This document shows, piece after piece, positions 16,700 to 24,500 of a stretch of DNA of 29,001 nt. Source of the DNA: a virus (taxonomy: Duplodnaviria; Caudoviricetes); IMG/VR virus record IMGVR_UViG_3300012953_000157, positions 1-29,001 of that record; one strand, given 5' to 3'. The translations under genes were made by a program, and so were the position numbers. How positions within the stretch are numbered: position 1 is the stretch's first letter; each line of letters opens with the position of its first letter. The notes under the pieces are model-generated. The model was not told the origin of the DNA and did no database searches. It saw only the letters and a program-made list of their open reading frames with translations.

Positions 16700-17250
16700 T
16701 GGCATTCACTACCATCGCTAACGTTAAAGCTATTTTGAATATTCCCGATACTGTTAGTCAGTGGAATACTCTTCTTGATACTATCGTTGCGATGGTAGAT
16801 TCCGAAATTGAGGGATTGATCGGGCACAAGATTGATTCCACAGCATACGTTGAGAAATACGACATTGATTCAGATACCCAAAATGAAGTGGTCCTGAATC
16901 AATTCCCCGTTATATCGGTCACATACTTAAAAGATACAGATGATACTGTTTCAACATCAAATTATTACACCGACTTAGAGGCAGGTGTGATTAGGCTTGA
17001 AAATTACGGAACGTTTTTCACAGCAGGCAGACAAACAGTAGAGGTGTCCTACACCGCCGGATACGCCGTTGTTCCAGCGGACTTGTCTTACGCGGCCTCT
17101 ATACTTTGTGTCCAGCACTTTAATATCAGCAGGCACGCTGGAATCAGCAAAGGTGTTATTGGGAATTATCAATTCCAATTAAAGGGCGACTTGCCGCCAG
17201 AAGTTTCAAGAATACTTGCCCGATATAGACGGGTTTTTGGAAGGGAGTAA
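16699..17250 (+). CDS. Head-tail adaptor (SPP1 gp15 / HK97 gp6-like)
   Basis: 'FTTIANVKAILNI', 'LNQFPVISVT', 'VEVSYTAGYAVVPADL..A', 'LPPEVSRILARYRR'. Confidence 0.85.
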   Translation: MAFTTIANVKAILNIPDTVSQWNTLLDTIVAMVDSEIEGLIGHKIDSTAYVEKYDIDSDTQNEVVLNQFPVISVTYLKDTDDTVSTSNYYTDLEAGVIRLENYGTFFTAGRQTVEVSYTAGYAVVPADLSYAASILCVQHFNISRHAGISKGVIGNYQFQLKGDLPPEVSRILARYRRVFGRE

Positions 17251-17252
17251 AA

Positions 17253-17624
17253 ATGTCGTTTAGAATTAGAAAGAAGGCAACTGGTTGCGATCAAAAGAGG
17301 GACCACAGGTTCGCTACCTACTACGAATCAATTGTGGTCAAATTTGATGGTGTATATCTAAATTCAGTGGTGGAAACGGTTCACGCTAGAAACACTATGT
17401 GCAGAATTTATGGTTACCATGAAGTTCAAGATTTAGAAGAACCAGAGGTTAAAGATGAGGGTTTACAGCCTGGGGACTTTAGCGTGTCGAGCCTTGAAGA
17501 CAAGCTTGACGAAGGAGACTTCGACAGTGTTTTGCCCGAATTGCTCGAAGCCGAGAAGGGTGGTAAGAATAGGAAGACAGCAATTGAAGCAATTGAAGAT
17601 AGAATTGAACTTACTGGAGAATAG
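17253..17624 (+). CDS. Hypothetical head/neck-region protein with a short C-terminal helical module
   Basis: GGGAG RBS; C-terminal 'SVSSLEDKL...LPELLEAEKGGKNRKTAIEAIEDRI'. Confidence 0.7.
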   Translation: MSFRIRKKATGCDQKRDHRFATYYESIVVKFDGVYLNSVVETVHARNTMCRIYGYHEVQDLEEPEVKDEGLQPGDFSVSSLEDKLDEGDFDSVLPELLEAEKGGKNRKTAIEAIEDRIELTGE

Positions 17625-17626
17625 AA

Positions 17627-17758
17627 ATGCCTATAAAATTTATCGACAACACGAAAAAGGACAAGGAACAGCCCAAGAAGGCTGCGCCTGCACCATCTAA
17701 GCCTGCACCAGCACCAGAAGCCAAAAAGCCCAAAAAGGACGGTCCAAAGCCGTCATAA
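17627..17758 (+). CDS. 43-aa Lys/Pro/Ala-rich small protein (below the ORF-track cutoff)
   Basis: Hand translation: MPIKFIDNTKKDKEQPKKAAPAPSKPAPAPEAKKPKKDGPKPS*. GGAGA at 17616-17620; fills the gap between flanking genes. Confidence 0.7.
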   Translation: MPIKFIDNTKKDKEQPKKAAPAPSKPAPAPEAKKPKKDGPKPS

Positions 17759-17766
17759 GGTAGGTC

Positions 17767-18408
17767 ATGCCATACGTTACACCAGCGGCGATGAATTTTG
17801 CTACCTTCAGCAGAAGGAGCAACATTCTTTTGCTCGAAACAACAGCGACAGCGGCGCCTGGGGTAACGTATCAACCAGGAATCAAGTCTATCATCCAAGT
17901 GGTGATTAAAGGCGGGACAACTGGATCCGGGAGTGTGGTTATTACGGGGACGGTTGGTGGTACAGCAGGTACCAGCGAGACGCTCACATTTACAGCCAAT
18001 GGCGTTAAAGCAACAATTAACTACTTTACTGCTGTCTCATCAGTTACAACCACTGGATTTACTGATGAAGCCACCGTTCCCACTATTAAGATTCAGTCTG
18101 TGGGCAGCGATGGTAGTCCAGTATTTTTTGACACCACTATAATATCTGGTTTTCCCTGTTTTATTGAGATGGCTGGGCTTCTGGTTGGTGCCGGAGCAGG
18201 TGCTTGGCCTGCGCTTAGGGCTGGTTCACACGAGATGGGAACTTCAACCTTATATATAGACTACCAAGAGGATTACGTCCCCATAGTAGGCGACAAATGC
18301 ACAGATGATTTGACTGGAGATGTTTGGCTGATCCAGGACTCATCTATCAAAATGGGTTTAGCCCTGCCTCAGTTTTATGAATGCAGAATGACACGATATG
18401 AAACGTGA
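17767..18408 (+). CDS. Putative head-closure/stopper protein with an extra Thr/Gly-rich beta domain
   Basis: Neck-module position; C-terminal 'TLYIDY....PIVGDKCTD..TGDVWLIQD.....FYECRM' resembles gp16-type stoppers; N-terminal T/G/V-rich beta region. Confidence 0.5.
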   Translation: MPYVTPAAMNFATFSRRSNILLLETTATAAPGVTYQPGIKSIIQVVIKGGTTGSGSVVITGTVGGTAGTSETLTFTANGVKATINYFTAVSSVTTTGFTDEATVPTIKIQSVGSDGSPVFFDTTIISGFPCFIEMAGLLVGAGAGAWPALRAGSHEMGTSTLYIDYQEDYVPIVGDKCTDDLTGDVWLIQDSSIKMGLALPQFYECRMTRYET

Positions 18409-18420
18409 TGAGGTTTAGTT

Positions 18421-18999
18421 ATGTTTTCCCCAATTATAGTTGATTGGTCAGATATGGATAGGCTTAGAAAGCTTCTAAAGAAGGCTAAGTCTGAAGTGTC
18501 ACCAGAAATATCTGCTGCTGGACTACGTGGCGGCGCAGAACTGGTAAAGAAGAAGGTTCAGTCCGCGTTAAACAAACCCGGAAAATTATCCATCAAAGAT
18601 TTAAGGGAGATGGAACACCCCTATTCTAAGAAACGCTACAAGAACTCAAGCATACAGGGTCGCGTTAGTGGCGACCCTTGGTATGGAGTGTACAAGCGGA
18701 AAGGAAATCTATTCGATAACGTAATTATTGAATACGACAATAGCTCCAACTCTAGAACAGCGACTATACTTATGGACCCAGAAAAAGGGGGAAGTGGAGA
18801 TGGGAAGTACCCCACCAACAAAAAAGGCATATCAGTAGTTTTGGCTGGGACTAGCAGAATGAAAGGAAGAAACGTTTTTGCTCTAGCTATTAGGGAAAAG
18901 GGGACCATCGATCACGTTAGAAGTGTTATGGCAGTAGAAGGACTGAAAGCGTGGAATAAGTGGATAAGAAAAAATGTATCAATACATAAGGGTAAATAG
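18421..18999 (+). CDS. Putative neck / tail-completion protein (HK97 gp10-like)
   Basis: Basic protein; 'MDRLRKLLKK', 'KRKGNLFDNV', 'LAGTSRMKGRNVF'. Position between stopper and terminator. Confidence 0.6.
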   Translation: MFSPIIVDWSDMDRLRKLLKKAKSEVSPEISAAGLRGGAELVKKKVQSALNKPGKLSIKDLREMEHPYSKKRYKNSSIQGRVSGDPWYGVYKRKGNLFDNVIIEYDNSSNSRTATILMDPEKGGSGDGKYPTNKKGISVVLAGTSRMKGRNVFALAIREKGTIDHVRSVMAVEGLKAWNKWIRKNVSIHKGK

Positions 19000-19424
19000 T
19001 GGCCACTAACAACACAACAACTTCAAAACTACTAGTCAGGCTCAAACTGCTCAACACAATAGAATTAACAGATCTGGTAGACGAAAGGATCTATGGAGAA
19101 TTTCCAGTAGACCCTAATGCCAGAACAATGAAATATCCTCTCGTTGTGTTTGATTTCTTTTCTGGAAAAAGAAACATCTCCAGCACATATCAGCAGGCAA
19201 ATTTTCATATTTATTGTTTTTCTAGAAACAGCAGCGACGAGGCCGCGCGTCTTTACGATCTTTGTTCAAATGCGCTTCACCAGCAATCGCTAGTCCATAC
19301 AGGAATTTCGGTTGGTGCTTACGCCCAAGAAACAGCCAGAACAAATGAAGAGTGGGACGTAAACGCTAGGGCGCATGTTGCCTGGGGCAGATTTGCGCTA
19401 AGAACAGGAGGAGAGTCATCATGA
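18999..19424 (+). CDS. Tail terminator protein (SPP1 gp17-like)
   Basis: 'LTDLVDERIY...YPLVVF...FHIYCFS....EAARLYD....ALH'. Typical size and position. Confidence 0.75.
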   Translation: MATNNTTTSKLLVRLKLLNTIELTDLVDERIYGEFPVDPNARTMKYPLVVFDFFSGKRNISSTYQQANFHIYCFSRNSSDEAARLYDLCSNALHQQSLVHTGISVGAYAQETARTNEEWDVNARAHVAWGRFALRTGGESS

Positions 19425-19630
19425 TGACCAAGGGAATGAAGACCGCCAACGACAAAAAATCCATGGTAGAAGACAAAGCAACGAATATAAAGTGTTCTAA
19501 GTGTGGAGATGTGGTTGGCACTGTGGCTGCGGGATTTACAGTTGAAATCCGAAACACTGAAGATTGCCAACCAGTAAGAACTCTATGCAAATGCGGAAAT
19601 CGTATGACTTTCTATATTAAGAGGGGATAA
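19421..19630 (+). CDS. Small zinc-ribbon protein
   Basis: 'IKCSKCG...LCKCG'; strong AGGAGGAG RBS; ATGA overlap with the terminator gene. Confidence 0.65.
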   Translation: MMTKGMKTANDKKSMVEDKATNIKCSKCGDVVGTVAAGFTVEIRNTEDCQPVRTLCKCGNRMTFYIKRG

Positions 19631-19632
19631 GC

Positions 19633-19989
19633 GTGTCTATAGAAGATCGTGTTCAGTATCTAGAGGAAAGAATTGCTTACTTGCAACGCAGTGTATCTGA
19701 GACAGATGCTGTTCTATCTGATTTTGATAAAGCACTAACAAATATATCTTCAGCAGTAGAGTCACTATCCGAATCAGGGGGGACCAATGCAGAAAGGATG
19801 GGGACTTCAGACAGGGTGTGGAATTGCGAGAAGTGTGGTGCCCGATTGGGAGTCTACGATCCAGATAGTGAGCAATTGCGTATTAAGTATAAAGATTTCT
19901 CGCTTTATTCTATACCTGGAAAAGGCGGAAGTTTAACTGTTCCTTGTAGGAGATGCGCGCATCTAAATACTTTAGAGGATGACAGATAA
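19633..19989 (+). CDS. Coiled-coil plus zinc-ribbon protein (Mu Com-like)
   Basis: N-terminal heptad 'IEDRVQYLEERIAYLQRSV'; C-terminal 'WNCEKCGARLG...LTVPCRRCAHLN'. GAGGGG RBS, GTG start. Confidence 0.65.
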   Translation: MSIEDRVQYLEERIAYLQRSVSETDAVLSDFDKALTNISSAVESLSESGGTNAERMGTSDRVWNCEKCGARLGVYDPDSEQLRIKYKDFSLYSIPGKGGSLTVPCRRCAHLNTLEDDR

Positions 19990-20086
19990 GGTTTTGTGGA
20001 TTAATAATATGATGTATGATATTTATTATCTTGGACGCCTGAGTGAAAGGTGCTGATAAAAAGCTCTTATAAGAGGAAATTAGAAG

Positions 20087-20695
20087 ATGGCTTATAATGT
20101 ACCTGACGTATCGACTACCGATATTTCATTCGGTCCAGGTGTTGTTTACATGGACCCACACTCTGGATTAACTGGAGATCCAACAACACAAGTTGGTTCA
20201 ATCACTGAAGATGGTGTTACTTTTGAATTTGGAAGAGAATCAAAGGTGATAACCCAAGGAAACCCTAGGGTTCCACTTCTTGTGTTCGATCAAGCAAATG
20301 ATGTCACCGTGACATTTACGAGTATTGAATGGGACTTAACAACATTGTCCTACTTGCTCGGGACTGGCGTTGTTGCTGCAGGCTCCCCAGGATCAACACC
20401 AAACACCTTCAAGTGGGGCGGCGATCCATCCCTGACTGTGTTTGGCATTAAGATTCAGCACAAGTCCGCGCAATTGGATGCGAACACTACCTTCACTGCA
20501 ACACCATACATCAATATTAGAGTTTGGAAAGCAGTACCACAAGAGAACCTATCAGTTGCTCTAGCTCAAGATGAGCATCAATTCCCAGCAAGCTTCAAAG
20601 CCTTAAGTGGTGGTGAAACTGAGTGGGATGGAACTGCTCTTGACTCTGGATCAAACATGATCAAGATCTCTTACAAGTCTACTTCTGCTCTGTAG
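20087..20695 (+). CDS. Major tail (tube) protein
   Basis: 202 aa; 'ISFGPGVVY...VGSITEDGVTFEF', 'VTFTSIEWD..TL', 'IRVWKA', 'FPASFKAL'. Upstream of chaperones and tape measure; no sheath gene in the window. Confidence 0.8.
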   Translation: MAYNVPDVSTTDISFGPGVVYMDPHSGLTGDPTTQVGSITEDGVTFEFGRESKVITQGNPRVPLLVFDQANDVTVTFTSIEWDLTTLSYLLGTGVVAAGSPGSTPNTFKWGGDPSLTVFGIKIQHKSAQLDANTTFTATPYINIRVWKAVPQENLSVALAQDEHQFPASFKALSGGETEWDGTALDSGSNMIKISYKSTSAL

Positions 20696-20741
20696 AGGTA
20701 ATTCCACATAGACGCTCGGAAAGATGCCCAGGAGGTACAAA

Positions 20742-21203
20742 ATGAGCGATGAGAATGAAGAAGTTGAATCCGACAACTATTTTGGAAATATGGCATCCAT
20801 GCTTGAGGCATTGGTGCCACCAAAAGAAGTTATTATAACGGACGTAAATGGAAAAGAGCATAAATTGCCTGGAGCGATTGCTGCTCGTCGCCAAATAAAA
20901 GTGTTTAGAGAATTTCAGGAAATCATTAAAAATCCTGACGTATCAGAAAAATTTAATGAAGACGAAGAGTTTAGTACTGTCAGTATCATAAACACTTTGA
21001 TGAAGGTTGCTTTCCATGATGCTGTTTTAACTTCACTAGGAACAGCATTTAAAGAAGCATTTCCAGACGCATGCAACGGAGATCCTTTAGATGAATTTGC
21101 GCTAGAGGAGGTTGTAGCAGCACTTGTCCCTTTGTTACTGAGGTTCGTAAAACGGGCCGGAAAAACGCTAGCAGGGATCGGGCAGCTAACCTCGGCTCTG
21201 TAG
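20742..21203 (+). CDS. Tail assembly chaperone (lambda gpG-like)
   Basis: Between tube and tape measure. ATG 20742 has an AGGAGG RBS and is preferred over 20724. Confidence 0.75.
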   Translation: MSDENEEVESDNYFGNMASMLEALVPPKEVIITDVNGKEHKLPGAIAARRQIKVFREFQEIIKNPDVSEKFNEDEEFSTVSIINTLMKVAFHDAVLTSLGTAFKEAFPDACNGDPLDEFALEEVVAALVPLLLRFVKRAGKTLAGIGQLTSAL

Positions 21204-21508
21204 AGGACTACGATCCCGTTGAGTCCATGGAAGGTGCCATGGGTGCGCTTTTCGCATCGGGATGGACACTTGATCAAGTGCTGGATCTGACCTGGACGCA
21301 ACTTGCGTTTGTGGTTGGAAGCGTGCAACTGCACAAAAGGGAATTGGTCACCGTGTTTCAAGACACTCTGGTGGCTTGTCTGGGTGGTAAGCCCCCCGAC
21401 CGAACGAAGAAGAAGAAAAATAAGAAAAAGCCTACTGAATCCCAATCAATAGATAGAAAACTACAGGCTTTGGCATCCCTTGGAATCAAGATTGAGGAAG
21501 AGACTTAA
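21128..21508 (+). CDS. -1 frameshift extension of the tail chaperone (lambda gpT-like portion of gpGT)
   Basis: Slippery heptamer C CCT TTG at 21128-21134, phased with the chaperone frame. The -1 frame is open from about 21095 to 21508 and contains 'GWTLDQVLDLTWTQL'. Confidence 0.7.
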   Translation, partial: PFVTEVRKTGRKNASRDRAANLGSVEDYDPVESMEGAMGALFASGWTLDQVLDLTWTQLAFVVGSVQLHKRELVTVFQDTLVACLGGKPPDRTKKKKNKKKPTESQSIDRKLQALASLGIKIEEET

Positions 21509-21537
21509 CGCCAATAGGGACACTGACGCTATAACGA

Positions 21538-21572
21538 GATAGAATAGGGAAAGCGCAACTCTCTTTTCTATC
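21538..21572 (+). promoter_or_regulatory. Hairpin in the tape-measure leader
   Basis: GATAGAATAGGGA (21538-21550) pairs with TCTCTTTTCTATC (21560-21572) with one mismatch and one G-U. It ends 12 nt before an ATG that lacks a strong RBS. Confidence 0.45.
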
Positions 21573-21584
21573 GGATAGTAGTCC

Positions 21585-24500
21585 ATGGCTAGTTTAAAAC
21601 AACAAGAATTCAAGATTAAGTTAGAACTTAATACAATAGCTTTCAATCAGCAGCTTTCTGCAGCAGAGCGTAGGGTTGAAATAGGAAAGAAGAAAGCAGA
21701 GCTTATTAAGAATAAGCAAGCCCAGGCACTTGAATTAGAAACCAAAAGAAAAGAGGAAGCAGCAGCCAGGGCTACAAAAGCAAGACAAAGAGAGCAAGAC
21801 AAGCAAACAGCACTGGTAAAAAAGGGCGAGAAAGAAAGGCAAGACGAGGTTGATAAGGCTTTAAGGGAAGAGGAAAGAAAGAGGAAAGCTGCTTATCGGT
21901 CAATGATCAATCAGTACAAAAGATTTAATCAGAAGTTAAATCGCATAGCCTCAATGGGTGTTGGCGCCATCAAAACAGGGGCGATTGGGGTTGGGTTTGC
22001 GGGTGCTGCCGGTCTAACAAACGTAATAAAGACTGGGGCTACTTTTGAAAAGAAGATGTCGGAGATTGGCGCAGTTACGCAGGCCACTGATGCTGACATG
22101 GAGGCAATGGAGAAGACCGCAAGGAAGTTAGGTGCTACCACGGCTTTCACGGCAACAGAAGCAGCAGAAGGCATGATAGAGCTTGCTAGAGCGGGCCTAT
22201 CCACAGATGAGATTATAAAAACGATACCCAACACGTTAAACCTTGCTGGTGCAACAAATTATAGCTTGGCTAGATCGACAAGAGTGGTTGTAGCCAGCAT
22301 GAAGCAGTTCGGGATTCAGGCCGCTGACTCTGGAAGAGTAGTGGATGTTCTCGCTGAAGCTACAAGAAAGTCGCTTCTTGATATGCCCTCACTTGCAGAA
22401 GCGATGAAATACGCTGGTACGGTTGGTGCTGGTTTTAAGATGTCGCTGGAGCAAACTGTTGCAGGGGTTGCCGCTTTCAGGAACATGGGTCTTGAAGGCT
22501 CGTTGGCAGGTACAAACTTTAGAATGGCTATGGCGTCCGCTGCAAAGCAGACAAAAGCAAAGACGAAGGCACTAAAAAAGCTGGATATTGCATTTAGCGA
22601 AATAAATCCAGAGCAGAACAATTTCCTCCAAATCTTAAGGAAGATTGGGCAAGCAAATGCGGGCGTAACTGAAGGTCAAGTCATATTCGGGCAAAGAGCA
22701 GGTGCAAACGTTATCACGCTCGCAAGAAACGTTAAGATTTTAGATGACTTAAACGCTGAAATTAAAACGCTACAAGACACAACCGCTGAAAGTTCATTAA
22801 CAGACGAGCAGAAAAAAGAGAGGATAAAAGAGTTAAACAAGGAATTGAAAGACGCTAAAGCGGGAATGACGGACCTCGAAGAAATAGAGAAAATGCTGAC
22901 AGAGGCTTCCGAAGACGGTGGCGCAGCGCTTCAAATGTATACCGACTCATTAGATAATGTGGCCGGACAAGGGAGGATAGCATTCTCCGCATTCCAGGAA
23001 CTAAACAAAACAATTTTTGATATGTTTAAAGTTCCTCTTAAGGAATTTTTACGCGACCTCGCAACTGAACTTTTTGCTTTAAAAGTAGAAGTAGACAATG
23101 TAGCGGGCGGGGTAGAGGAATTAGCGGAAGAGGCATTTCAGAGTCTTCTGTCCATGCTTAGTGAAAATACAGTCGCGATAGCTGAGGGGCTAGTTGGCGC
23201 ATTTAAAACGTTCTTAAAGATTTCTGATGATCTAATAGATTCGTTCTCTGAAAATAGTGAAAAAATTATAGAATTAATAACAAAGATTTCAGAGTTTATA
23301 GTTTGGCTGGGAAGGACCGTGTTTGCTATGGCGGAAGTTGTAGTGGAAAGCGAGTACCTTATCAAACTATTTGCCCTAATGTTTGGCGTAACAAAGTTGG
23401 TGACTTTTGCCACTTGGATTGGCAACATCACGACCGCATTCAAAGCGGCTTCTGTTGCCGCAACCACTTTCCATGTAAAGATGGGGGCAATAGGGCTTGC
23501 AATCCTGGCGGCCGCAACGGCATACAAAGCTTATGCTGAAAGGGCAGAGGTAGCCGCTGATAGGGAGTTACATTTATGGAGAATGAGAAACGAGGAGGAT
23601 TACCGTAAGAAGTTCTTCAAGGATCACCAAGGGGAGTTAGCGCAAGCACTTTTCTCTGATCCAGATGCTACTGGACGTGGCGAAGACGACACGGCTTTCT
23701 CTGGCATTGTGGACAGGGGGGGAGACGGCGGTCTGATGGTGAGGGTTGGTGCCACTGCTGTTGATCCGCGATGGGCTGCCAAGGAACTTCTAAAAGAATT
23801 GGGTGAGTCGAAGGCGTTACAAACACCGCATGGAAAAGTCGACATACAGGGAATTATAAGCGAACAAATCTCGTCGACAATCATGACTGCCATGACTGAC
23901 TTTGATTCAATCATGACGGCCGCGCGCGGCGGGGCAGGATTAAGGAACTTAGGCAACGAACTACAAAAAGAAGTATTGAGGGAAGCCTACACCAAAGCAA
24001 AGGCAGATCTTGAATTCATGTATGGTGCTGCTGATCGGGGGCCAGGAAGTGAATTCAATAAAGCGCTAAGTGAATTAAACAGAGCGTTTGGTCTCTTCAC
24101 AACAAGTGATGATTTCGATCTCAAAATATCAGAGGGATTCCAGAAGTCTATTGTTACGCTGCTTGAAGAGCAAAGAAAAGGGGGCGGCGTTTTTCAGAAC
24201 ATGAGTGGCGCTGGAAAGTCTTGGATGAAACTAGTCCAGATTGCCGCCGGACAGCAACGGGAAAGCCTAAAATCAACACGGGAGGCAGAAGCGGCCGCTG
24301 CAGAAGCAGAGGAGGCACTGAGGGAAGCAGAAGATGCAGCAAATGACACTGGGGGAGGTGGTGGCGGGGGAATCGGTGGACCAGGAGTTAAAGAAGATAA
24401 AGACAGGGAAAGGGCGGTTAAGAAGGTTGTTGCTCTATGGGAAAGAGTAAACAAGCTACAGGAAACAAGAATAAATCGGAGGGGCGCAGAAGAAGCCAAG

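Noticed and set aside
20693-21300. TAG read-through or stop-codon recoding suggested by repeated TAG-AGG gene ends
   Set aside because: The tube gene TAG is followed by AGG TAA, and the chaperone TAG frame closes within about 30 codons. Standard code 11 already gives dense, full-length genes.
24351-24386. G-rich run in the tape measure gene as a G-quadruplex or phase-variable tract
   Set aside because: It encodes a Gly linker (GGGGGGGIGG) using mixed codons, which is common in tape measure proteins.
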